Source: a virus. Taken from it: a stretch of DNA of 64,000 nt. How positions within the stretch are numbered: the first letter of the stretch is position 1; every line of letters begins with the position of its first letter. The position numbers and the translations under genes were made by a program. The notes beneath the pieces are model-generated. The model was not told where the DNA came from, did no database searches, and was given only the letters and a program-made list of their open reading frames with translations. The DNA is taken from positions 1 through 64,000 of the IMG/VR virus record IMGVR_UViG_3300032331_000527. One strand, written 5' to 3'. Below, piece after piece: positions 17,376 through 25,423 of the stretch.

Positions 17376-18513
17376 TCTGTAACTCCTTATATGGTTTCAA
17401 GATATTTTCATAAATGCTAGTCGCAAGAGCACCCATCATCTTTGGTGCTACCATACGACCGATTCGTTCAGCCTGCTGATCAAACGTGCCAGTGAGTTCG
17501 TAGTCATCAGGAAGACTCATTATACGTTTCATTTCTTTGATTGTCAATTTCCTATTTGCAGCGTAGTGCATAACACCAGAGGCAGAACGTTGTTGACCCA
17601 TTTGCGTGAGCGTAGGAGAAGGACGATTTGGCGATGGGCGTTTCATATTGAAACAAGAGAGTTTGCCATTGACGAGTCCTGGCTTCAAAGTCTTCGTTGG
17701 ATTGAAAGCCATAGTCTCGACGAATTTCTTTTGGAAACTGCTCTCACAGAAGTCAAGGAGCATTTGAACTTCTGCTGGATCATTATCAATCCCTTCTATC
17801 GCGCTTCCGATAGATACACCTTGCGATGTGGTGGACATAGGATAAATCCGACCAGCGAGTTCATACTCCTCCAGCCCCAGAGCCTCGAAAACGTCACTCC
17901 TTACTCCCACGAAGAATGTGCGCATGCGACTCTGGGGCACCCCAAACTTCGAAGCATCCATCACCTGATAAACCATTTTATATCCGGGTGTGATATGCTC
18001 GAAGCCTGTTACGAAATCACGAAGCTTTTCAATTGCTGCTCGTGACGTAATACCTTCAACATTTTCCGCTACAATAACTTTAGGTTGAATATCCTCAGCG
18101 ATTCTTATATATTCTAGAAACAGATTCTCAATGTTAGTAACAGTCTTGCCGTCGGAATATTTCTTTTCGCGATTCCAACCCTTCTTACCTTTACCAGAAG
18201 TAGAGAACGCAGAACACGGAGGAGACCCGTCGAGGATATCCAATTCTCTTGGTTGTAATCCTCCTACTTCTAGGAGATCTTTACCCGTGATAGCTTTGAT
18301 ATCCCCGAGAATCACTTTGGTGTCGGGAAAGTTGCGCGAATAGGTAGCAACAGCTTCCTCAACGAACTCGTTGATCGCAACAACTTTCCCGCCAGCTAAC
18401 CTATATCCAGTCGAAGATCCACCACCTCCTGCGAAAGTCGATACGACTGTAAATAGTTCTCGACTCGAGGATTTCCTAACATCTTCGATCGTATATGGTT
18501 GATAGTGATTCAC
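17365..18513 (-). CDS. C5-cytosine DNA methyltransferase family enzyme (predicted carboxymethyltransferase)
   Basis: Motif I FAGGGG, IV GSPPCSAFS, VI ENV, VIII GVPQSR.R, IX RKLT..E..R...LPD, X GRMV. Confidence 0.9.
   Translation of the reverse strand: MNHYQPYTIEDVRKSSSRELFTVVSTFAGGGGSSTGYRLAGGKVVAINEFVEEAVATYSRNFPDTKVILGDIKAITGKDLLEVGGLQPRELDILDGSPPCSAFSTSGKGKKGWNREKKYSDGKTVTNIENLFLEYIRIAEDIQPKVIVAENVEGITSRAAIEKLRDFVTGFEHITPGYKMVYQVMDASKFGVPQSRMRTFFVGVRSDVFEALGLEEYELAGRIYPMSTTSQGVSIGSAIEGIDNDPAEVQMLLDFCESSFQKKFVETMAFNPTKTLKPGLVNGKLSCFNMKRPSPNRPSPTLTQMGQQRSASGVMHYAANRKLTIKEMKRIMSLPDDYELTGTFDQQAERIGRMVAPKMMGALATSIYENILKPYKELQNDR
17519..17547 (-). promoter_or_regulatory. Perfect sigma70 promoter inside the MTase gene, driving the cmoA-like gene
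   Basis: TTGACA-N17-TATAAT. Confidence 0.7.
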
Positions 18514-19061
18514 GAAGCTCTCTGCGTCTTCAGCTTATTAAGCTTACGGTCCATTCTGTTCTTAGCATTACGAGCTTGCTCCAAATGGAATCGAGTGGCT
18601 CGTGTGTTGAACGTGATACCGTTCAAGTGATCGTACTCATGGAGGAACACGCGAGCGGTATATCCTTCGTACAACTCAGTACCAGCTTCTCCGTTCCATC
18701 CGCGATAGCGAACACGAATACGATGAGCTCTCTTTAATTTAATGAATAGGCCTGGATAAGTGAGACATCCTTCTTCGTATACGACTTCTGCATCACCGTA
18801 GTCTACGATCATAGGATTGAACACGCCAATGATGCTCGCTGAGTCTCCTGGATTACCGATAACAAATACGCGAGTCATAATGCCTAGCTGACAAGCAGAA
18901 AGACCAACGCCTTTGCTTTCAATCATCTTATCGCGAAGAAGCTCGTATAGCTGAAACGCTTGAATGACTGTTCCGTCTTCTCCGACATATCCAGTATCAA
19001 AATTAAACTCTGGGCATTGTTCTTTTAAGCGTGGATCATTAGGCTTGATTAATTCGAACAT
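18510..19061 (-). CDS. def: Peptide deformylase
   Basis: GVGLSACQLG, EEGCLT, HEYDHLNG. Confidence 0.95.
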   Translation of the reverse strand: MFELIKPNDPRLKEQCPEFNFDTGYVGEDGTVIQAFQLYELLRDKMIESKGVGLSACQLGIMTRVFVIGNPGDSASIIGVFNPMIVDYGDAEVVYEEGCLTYPGLFIKLKRAHRIRVRYRGWNGEAGTELYEGYTARVFLHEYDHLNGITFNTRATRFHLEQARNAKNRMDRKLNKLKTQRAS

Positions 19062-20764
19062 TAGAGTATCCTACTGAAGTTTTTTTGTTTTGTGAAGCGA
19101 AGGACATTGCTGAATTTGTCATTAAGCACATCGCCCTTGTGCGAGATAACAAAGATATTGGTACTCTCCATATCATGGATAAGCTTTAGGAACTCATCAC
19201 AACCATTAGCATCGAGAGAAGCATCGAACACTTCATCTAGAATAAGAAGATTGGTGCTTGCGCTGTTTTTCATACGAGCGATAGAACGCCAAGTGAAAAG
19301 AAGCGATAAGTCGATACGCATCTTCTCACCTTCAGAGAATGAGTCGTAAGTAAAATCGTCACGATGACGAGATAGGATTTTTTCTTCGAAAGATTCGTTC
19401 AGCTCGAACTTAACGAAGAAATCCATAGCAGCAAGGTATTTATTGACCAGCTTGTTGATGACTGGTATGTACTGCTTAATAATGCGAGACTTGATACCAG
19501 AGTCGCGTAGGATAACTGTTGCCAGTTCATACATCTCCTTATCCCGTAGGATCTTCTCTTTCTCCGTTAGAACTTTATCTAACTCAAGTTTGGATGAAAG
19601 AATCTCGGATTCGGTAAAGGTTCCTTGCGTCTTGTTAAGGTCGGAGATCTCTTTGTTCCAAATAGCGATTTCTTTTTGATAGGACTCAATTGAGGATTGA
19701 AAACGATTCGTTTCAGCTTGTAGCCTTCTAATATCAGTCTGAATCCCTCGGATCTCACCGTGACGATGCTCTGCTTTCCTATGTTCATCCTCAAGTCTGG
19801 CAAGGGCCGTTTTAATTTCTTCGATTGAATTTTTCTTTTCATCGACCTTCGACTTTCTAAGGGTTTCCTCAATGAGCTGTGCGCAAGTAGGGCACTCATT
19901 ATTTTCCGTGTAAAATCTAATCGTCTTTGTTGCGTTGTTTTTCTTACTTTCAAGATTTTGCTCCAACGAAACTATCTTATGAATACGAGCTACAGTAGAA
20001 TCATAGTCAGCACATTGTTCTAGTAGTTCATTGATTTCTGTTTGATACTCTTCGATGCGTGAATTGCATACATTTAAGTTTTCTTCGTTTCGCATGATGC
20101 TTACGTTATAGTCTGCGATCTTGCTTTCGCGTTGTTCTTCAATCTTAGCACGCAGCTTTTCTTGCGCTTGAATAGATTCTTGATGAAGCTTGATAGCCTG
20201 CTCGTTGAGCTTATACTCTTCGCGATTACTGGCTACACGATCCTTCAGGAGCAAAGCCATCGAGGAAAAGACGCGAATATCTAACAGATCCTCGATGACT
20301 TCGCGGCGAACGTTCGTCGTCAATTGCATGAACGGAACGAACGATGACGATCCCAGGATAACGATCTGGGTGAAGGACTTCATACTTAGCTTAAGAATAC
20401 GCTTCTCGAGCATCTCTTGATAATCACGAACGGCTGCATCCTGATCAACAAGAACACCATCTTCGTGGATCTCAAACATATTAGGCTTGATGCCACGACG
20501 AACGAGATATGTATGATCGTGCGTATAGAACTCGATCTCGACGACTACGTCACGTCCGTTGACCGAGTTAATCAGTTGATCTTTCTTAACCTTACGGAAC
20601 GGCTTACCATAAAGACCATAACAGATTGCGTCAAGCATCGTCGACTTACCCGCACCGTTTTCACCAACGATGAGAGTAGAGTCGTGCTTGTCGAGTTGAA
20701 TTTCTGTGAAGGCGTTGCCGGTAGAAAGAAAATTCTTCCAACGGACTTTGGTAAAATGAATCAT
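19061..20764 (-). CDS. gp46: Recombination endonuclease subunit, SbcC/Rad50-like
   Basis: GENGAGKST, CPTC hook, FSEGEKMRIDL, LILDEVFD. Confidence 0.96.
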   Translation of the reverse strand: MIHFTKVRWKNFLSTGNAFTEIQLDKHDSTLIVGENGAGKSTMLDAICYGLYGKPFRKVKKDQLINSVNGRDVVVEIEFYTHDHTYLVRRGIKPNMFEIHEDGVLVDQDAAVRDYQEMLEKRILKLSMKSFTQIVILGSSSFVPFMQLTTNVRREVIEDLLDIRVFSSMALLLKDRVASNREEYKLNEQAIKLHQESIQAQEKLRAKIEEQRESKIADYNVSIMRNEENLNVCNSRIEEYQTEINELLEQCADYDSTVARIHKIVSLEQNLESKKNNATKTIRFYTENNECPTCAQLIEETLRKSKVDEKKNSIEEIKTALARLEDEHRKAEHRHGEIRGIQTDIRRLQAETNRFQSSIESYQKEIAIWNKEISDLNKTQGTFTESEILSSKLELDKVLTEKEKILRDKEMYELATVILRDSGIKSRIIKQYIPVINKLVNKYLAAMDFFVKFELNESFEEKILSRHRDDFTYDSFSEGEKMRIDLSLLFTWRSIARMKNSASTNLLILDEVFDASLDANGCDEFLKLIHDMESTNIFVISHKGDVLNDKFSNVLRFTKQKNFSRIL

Positions 20765-21834
20765 TATGCTTCCATATTCAATGCTTCATTATATAATGAG
20801 CGCATGAGTTTGTCAAGATCATTATTATCTACATTAGACTCAATCGTGGTAATATACTTAGATAGGATTGTCAGCGTATCTTCTGCCTCATCCAACAACT
20901 CACTCTCACTAATCATATCCATATTACGATGATCCTCTACGATAGTAACGTCTAGAGGCGCAGCTTCATACAGCTTCGTGGTAAACAAATCGAAGTTCAT
21001 CGGATTATCTTTGTTCGACACGATGAGCTTCACATAAGCTCCTGAATACTTATTCCAATCACGATCGAGCAATTCTTCGGTCGTAGAATTTTTATCGTTG
21101 TACCAGATCTTGCGGAACATACGATATGGATTTTCTATGAACGCCAGTTCACGAGTTTCCGTATCAAGGATATGGAATCCTTTAGGGTCATCGTAGTCGC
21201 TCCAAGTAAATTCAGCATGGCTACCAAGGTAATGAATGTTCCCAGCAGAAGACCTGTGATGATAGTGACCGCTAAGGACCATATCAAACCTACCAAAAAG
21301 ACTACGATCGTCTCCGTGACTGACCGGACTACCGCGATACATTTCGAAACCTGCAAGCTCAAGGTGGCCCATGCAGATTTGAGCATTTGTGGATCCTATC
21401 TGTTGCAGAATGATATCTCTGTTCTCATCACAAATCCACGGTAGCATCATAATCTTAGTGCCATCAAACTCTACGACCTTAGCGTATTCATCGTAGATTT
21501 TAAAGTCTGGATACTTATCTACTAGCAACTCCTGTAGAACATTGACGCTATTCGTGTTCTTGAAGTATGTGTCGTGATTGCCTACGAGGATATGGAAATC
21601 TATAGACTCACTGGCAATCCTATCGAGGAACTCTGTACGCAGACGTTTAGCAGTGTTAATGTTAAGATATTTACGACGGTCAACCAAATCCCCGAGATGG
21701 ATAACAGTGTTAATGCGATGATTATCGAGATACGGAAAGAAAATGTCATCTAGGAACTTCTTATTGTTATCAAGGAACGCTGACTGGTCGTTACGCACTC
21801 CCCAGTGCGTATCAGTAATCAAAGCAATTTTCAT
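20764..21834 (-). CDS. gp47: Recombination endonuclease subunit, SbcD/Mre11-like
   Basis: DTHWG, HLGDLVD, GNHD, SGHYH. Confidence 0.96.
   Translation of the reverse strand: MKIALITDTHWGVRNDQSAFLDNNKKFLDDIFFPYLDNHRINTVIHLGDLVDRRKYLNINTAKRLRTEFLDRIASESIDFHILVGNHDTYFKNTNSVNVLQELLVDKYPDFKIYDEYAKVVEFDGTKIMMLPWICDENRDIILQQIGSTNAQICMGHLELAGFEMYRGSPVSHGDDRSLFGRFDMVLSGHYHHRSSAGNIHYLGSHAEFTWSDYDDPKGFHILDTETRELAFIENPYRMFRKIWYNDKNSTTEELLDRDWNKYSGAYVKLIVSNKDNPMNFDLFTTKLYEAAPLDVTIVEDHRNMDMISESELLDEAEDTLTILSKYITTIESNVDNNDLDKLMRSLYNEALNMEA
20788..20816 (-). promoter_or_regulatory. Perfect sigma70 promoter in the 3' end of gp47, driving gp46
   Basis: TTGACA-N17-TATAAT. Confidence 0.7.
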
Positions 21835-22397
21835 TATACAACCTTGGGTTCTTCGACTTCTACGATCTTCTTACCACGTTTGATATTCTTTGTCGTTTCA
21901 AAGTCCTGCATGAATTTCTCCATCTGCTCTTGCGACCATTCACCGTATTTGATATCAGTATCATAATTGCTGCGATCGCCTGTTTGACTATCAGAAGTTT
22001 CACCCATGATGTTAGCATACTCAATCGCAGCATACTTCGTGTAGAGATGCTTCTTCTCTTTCTGAATACGACGGATGAACGCAAAGTAAATAATCTGCGT
22101 GAAATAAGCAAAAGGATTCTGCGACTTAGAAGGATCGAAGTTCTTGATATAGAGCAAGCAGTTTTCGATACCGTCTGAAACCATTTCCTCTCGGAAAGTG
22201 TAGTTAGCGAAATTCGGACGATAAGCCAAATGAGTAGCAATTTTCATAATGCACTCGCCAACATAATTGGGAATGCGAGGCAGTTGTTTACCTTCCGCGA
22301 TAGCCGCATTGACTTCATCTTTAAAAACAACCATTGCTGCATAAAGCTCTTTGTTGTTAACGTAATGCTTTTTTGGTTTAGCTTTTGAAATAGACAT
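21834..22397 (-). CDS. gp55: Late transcription sigma factor
   Basis: HYVNNKE, PNF.NYT.REEM.SDGIENC, NPFAYFTQI. Confidence 0.96.
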   Translation of the reverse strand: MSISKAKPKKHYVNNKELYAAMVVFKDEVNAAIAEGKQLPRIPNYVGECIMKIATHLAYRPNFANYTFREEMVSDGIENCLLYIKNFDPSKSQNPFAYFTQIIYFAFIRRIQKEKKHLYTKYAAIEYANIMGETSDSQTGDRSNYDTDIKYGEWSQEQMEKFMQDFETTKNIKRGKKIVEVEEPKVV

Positions 22398-22789
22398 TAG
22401 TGTAGGGTTCCTGAGGTATTAGCTATCGTTCGCATAACTTGACTCAAAGCCATTTGACGAATTCGATTCATTTGTTCTTCACGATCACGTTTAGATTGTT
22501 GATTAATTGTACTCATATATCTACTAGCAACTATATCATCAACTATCATATATGTCAAGATATTTCTTTTATCTAGGCAGATAGTCTCTTCCATTAGACT
22601 CTCAAAAGGAATCCAACGCATAATGGCTGTTGTAACAGTCATAGTTGCTGGCGACTGCATCATTTCAATACGATAAGGCTGAGTGACAAACAGATAATCT
22701 TCTTCATCGCCTATGAGCATGCAAAGAAGATCTTCGCCGCTACTCATCTTCAGAAAATAAACTTCTTCCTGCTCTTCCGACTCCATCAT
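22397..22789 (-). CDS. Conserved hypothetical protein between uvsW and gp55
   Basis: LKMSSGEDL motif and conserved syntenic position. Confidence 0.75.
   Translation of the reverse strand: MMESEEQEEVYFLKMSSGEDLLCMLIGDEEDYLFVTQPYRIEMMQSPATMTVTTAIMRWIPFESLMEETICLDKRNILTYMIVDDIVASRYMSTINQQSKRDREEQMNRIRQMALSQVMRTIANTSGTLH
22530..22558 (-). promoter_or_regulatory. Early promoter upstream of gp55
   Basis: TTGACA-N17-TATAGT with extended TGn. Confidence 0.6.
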
Positions 22790-24245
22790 CGCTCCTTAAT
22801 TTAATGGTGTGCATTTCATAAGGGAATCCCTCACTGTTGTACATTTTAACTCGTTCTATAAGATGATTGAGCGTGAAGTTTTTCTTGCTATTGCTTGTTG
22901 ACAGATTGTCGGCAATATCAAATAACGTCATACCATCTTTGCCTTCTGACGTCCTGAGTCCACGTCCGATGGACTGCATAGTTCTAACACGGCTTTTAGT
23001 TGGACTCGCGAATATGACATTGTGAAGGTTCTTGATATTTATGCCGGTGCTAAATGTGCCGTAAGACGCTACGATGATTGCATCGTTCTCCTTCTCAACG
23101 ATAGCACGAATAGACTCACGCTCTTCGCCGTCAACACCCCCATGAACGAAGAAGACTTTACGATTACCAGCCTTCTCCCCTATCATATCATATAAGATAC
23201 TCCCATGCTTATCAACGTATGCATAAAGTATCAGAGTATTACCTTTAAGTGATACAGCAAGATTCCGAATAAACTTATTACGAGGATAGAACGAAACGAT
23301 GTGTGCAAGTTCGTCTTGGTATGATCCCCCAATAAGCTTCTTTGCTTCCTCGATAGGATGATTGAGCACAAGAACTTTGACTTTAATAGCAGCGAGCTTC
23401 CCGCTGTCAATGAGTTCTTTAGTATCAATGATTTTATGCGCTGGACCAAATAGCCCAGTAAGAACAAGCTCGTTAACTTGCGATCCATCTAGCGTTCCTG
23501 TAAGACCAAAACGATATTTGGTATTTGTCATGTTCGTCATGACTTTCGTCAATGACTGTGCTTTGAATAAGTGAGCTTCGTCTCCGATGACTAAGTCAAA
23601 CGATTCGAAAAAGATCTTATCCATTTCGTAAACCGATTGCCAGGTTGAGATAACAATCGGCTTATCCGTCTGTTTAGATTGGCCTCCATAGATTCGATGA
23701 ACGAACTCATCAGATACATAACCATAGTCGGCAAAATCAGAATAGAGCTGATGCACCAAAGAAATAGTTGGCACAACAATAAGAGTGCGGCAATCATAGT
23801 ACCTCGTCAGTAGATAAATTATTAGGGACTTGCCAGATGCAGTAGGAGAAACCATAACACAGCGCTTGCTCCTAATACCAAGAGCAAATGCCCGTAGTTG
23901 ATGATCGTGTGCTTCGAACGGAAGTCCGAGCGAATGTGAAAATTCCTTAGCTTCAGCAAGAGAGAACTCCTCAGTCTCAATCAATTCGGGATCTACTTCT
24001 ATAGTGTAGTCTCTTTCCTCACAGAACTTAATTATATCTTGCGTGAGTCCTGCGTATGTTGTCATATTACGCGAGTTCAAAAGACGGATCTTACCATCCC
24101 ACACGCGAGACTTGAACTTAGGTGAGAACTTAGCACCAGGAATCTCGAATGTCAAGAACTCTGCTAGCTCGCGAGCGATACCCATATCACCTTCAACGCG
24201 AAGCCACGCTTCATTAACTTTTACGAGCTTGAGATCAGAATCCAT
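22740..24245 (-). CDS. uvsW: SF2 DNA helicase UvsW
   Basis: SPTASGKS, GDEAH, GLTGT, STGINI, QSIGRGLR; start reset to ATG 24245. Confidence 0.95.
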   Translation of the reverse strand: MDSDLKLVKVNEAWLRVEGDMGIARELAEFLTFEIPGAKFSPKFKSRVWDGKIRLLNSRNMTTYAGLTQDIIKFCEERDYTIEVDPELIETEEFSLAEAKEFSHSLGLPFEAHDHQLRAFALGIRSKRCVMVSPTASGKSLIIYLLTRYYDCRTLIVVPTISLVHQLYSDFADYGYVSDEFVHRIYGGQSKQTDKPIVISTWQSVYEMDKIFFESFDLVIGDEAHLFKAQSLTKVMTNMTNTKYRFGLTGTLDGSQVNELVLTGLFGPAHKIIDTKELIDSGKLAAIKVKVLVLNHPIEEAKKLIGGSYQDELAHIVSFYPRNKFIRNLAVSLKGNTLILYAYVDKHGSILYDMIGEKAGNRKVFFVHGGVDGEERESIRAIVEKENDAIIVASYGTFSTGINIKNLHNVIFASPTKSRVRTMQSIGRGLRTSEGKDGMTLFDIADNLSTSNSKKNFTLNHLIERVKMYNSEGFPYEMHTIKLRSDDGVGRAGRSLFSEDE

Positions 24246-24672
24246 TAGTGAACTTTCTCCACTCGATGGCTGACTTGATATCGTATCCACGCTTATGAAT
24301 GCACTTCATAATCTCGACTATGACTTCAACCTTTTCTTCTAGAAGGGCTATACGTTCGTCTATGCGCACAAGTTCGCCATCTGCATCAATATAATTATGC
24401 ACTTCGTTCTTCAGGACTTTGTTGAGGAATGGTTGACGATTAATCCGCTCTAGGTCTTCTGGATTATTTAGATTACCTAGATAATACTCACGCAGAGTAT
24501 TGAATTGTGCCTTCTTACGAATCATAGCACTACGCAGCTGTGAGCGAGTTTCGCTGAGCATACGATTATATTTGGCGTGGAGGGAGGAAATGTTGAGGCT
24601 ATCAGCGTCTAGGTTAAGATCGTCATACTTGGCGTCTTTTTCCCACATCTCGTATATATCTTCGAGTTTCAT
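24235..24672 (-). CDS. uvsY: Recombination mediator UvsY
   Basis: LHAKY, YIDAD, RGYDIKSAIEWRKF..G. Confidence 0.93.
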   Translation of the reverse strand: MKLEDIYEMWEKDAKYDDLNLDADSLNISSLHAKYNRMLSETRSQLRSAMIRKKAQFNTLREYYLGNLNNPEDLERINRQPFLNKVLKNEVHNYIDADGELVRIDERIALLEEKVEVIVEIMKCIHKRGYDIKSAIEWRKFTNGF

Positions 24673-24678
24673 GCTAAT

Positions 24679-24707
24679 ATATTACCATAATGAGAGCCAG
24701 TTGTCAA
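24679..24707 (-). promoter_or_regulatory. Early promoter for uvsY (leaderless)
   Basis: TTGACA-N17-TAATAT, ATG 6 nt after the -10. Confidence 0.8.
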
Positions 24708-24722
24708 GATCTATTTTAAGTC

Positions 24723-24751
24723 TTGACATTTTAACAATTAAAGCATATAAT
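24723..24751 (+). promoter_or_regulatory. Perfect sigma70 promoter pointing antisense into gp3
   Basis: TTGACA-N17-TATAAT on plus strand, back-to-back with the uvsY promoter. Confidence 0.7.
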
Positions 24752-24774
24752 AAGGATGTTATCCAGGGGTCATA

Positions 24775-25323
24775 TTACTCGTCAAGACGATACTTACGAT
24801 AGCGGAACGTTACCGAAGCCTGTAGATATTCGATCGTGGTATTCGTTGACTCGAACGCCAACTCAGTAAGATTGATGGGAAACATATCCTCGAAGAAAAT
24901 GAGTTTATTGGCGTTCTTATTGCTCGTGAGAATTGAGAGTGTGCCATCAGAAACGTATGTTGTGTAGTAGCCCATCTGACGTTGACCAGCCATCATAGTG
25001 TTATTGATGGAAGTGGATAGTTCTTTAGTTTGCGACAAACTGTCTGGATGACCTAATCCTTCCATCCATTTTTGGATTTCGAAATAGTTCTTTAGGTCTT
25101 CATCTACTCTAAATGTTAGAGTAAGCGGATCGTAGATAATACGATCGCCTGGACGAGCAAGAGAAGCAAAAGGCGTAGGAACTTCAGCGACACCAACTGT
25201 TACTGCAGGAATAGCGACAGACTGACAAAAATAGTTTACAGTAGGTAGGCGCTTGATAGCAAAGCGAAACCCATTCTGTCCTAGAAAATTGATATTCGAT
25301 GGTTGATTGTCTTCTGCGCTCAT
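24775..25323 (-). CDS. gp3: Tail completion / tube terminator protein
   Basis: NFL..NGFRF, YFCQ...IP, F.VDEDL.NY.EI..W, FP..L..L.F. Confidence 0.88.
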   Translation of the reverse strand: MSAEDNQPSNINFLGQNGFRFAIKRLPTVNYFCQSVAIPAVTVGVAEVPTPFASLARPGDRIIYDPLTLTFRVDEDLKNYFEIQKWMEGLGHPDSLSQTKELSTSINNTMMAGQRQMGYYTTYVSDGTLSILTSNKNANKLIFFEDMFPINLTELAFESTNTTIEYLQASVTFRYRKYRLDE

Positions 25324-25328
25324 ATCAC

Positions 25329-25335
25329 TATTTAG
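25329..25335 (-). promoter_or_regulatory. Late promoter variant for gp3
   Basis: CTAAATA just upstream of the ATG. Confidence 0.6.
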
Positions 25336-25340
25336 TCAAT

Positions 25341-25366
25341 AAAAAAGGGGGAGCCGAAGCTCCCCC
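25341..25366 (-). terminator. Terminator after the major capsid gene
   Basis: GGGGGAGC-TTCG-GCTCCCCC followed by T6. Confidence 0.9.
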
Positions 25367-25423
25367 AGTTTGCGGCTTGAAACCGTCTTGTAGCGCCTCG
25401 CCTTTGAACCAGCGAGGTGTAGC

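Noticed and set aside
17365-18513. Classical restriction-modification system
   Set aside because: No adjacent endonuclease; neighbours are def and a CmoA-like gene
24756-24869. 37-codon plus-strand ORF below the antisense promoter
   Set aside because: It lies almost wholly antisense to gp3 with no recognisable features; kept only as part of the antisense-promoter finding
25395-25422. tRNA-like GGTTCAA loop
   Set aside because: No cloverleaf, acceptor stem or CCA; no tRNA gene was recognised anywhere in the window
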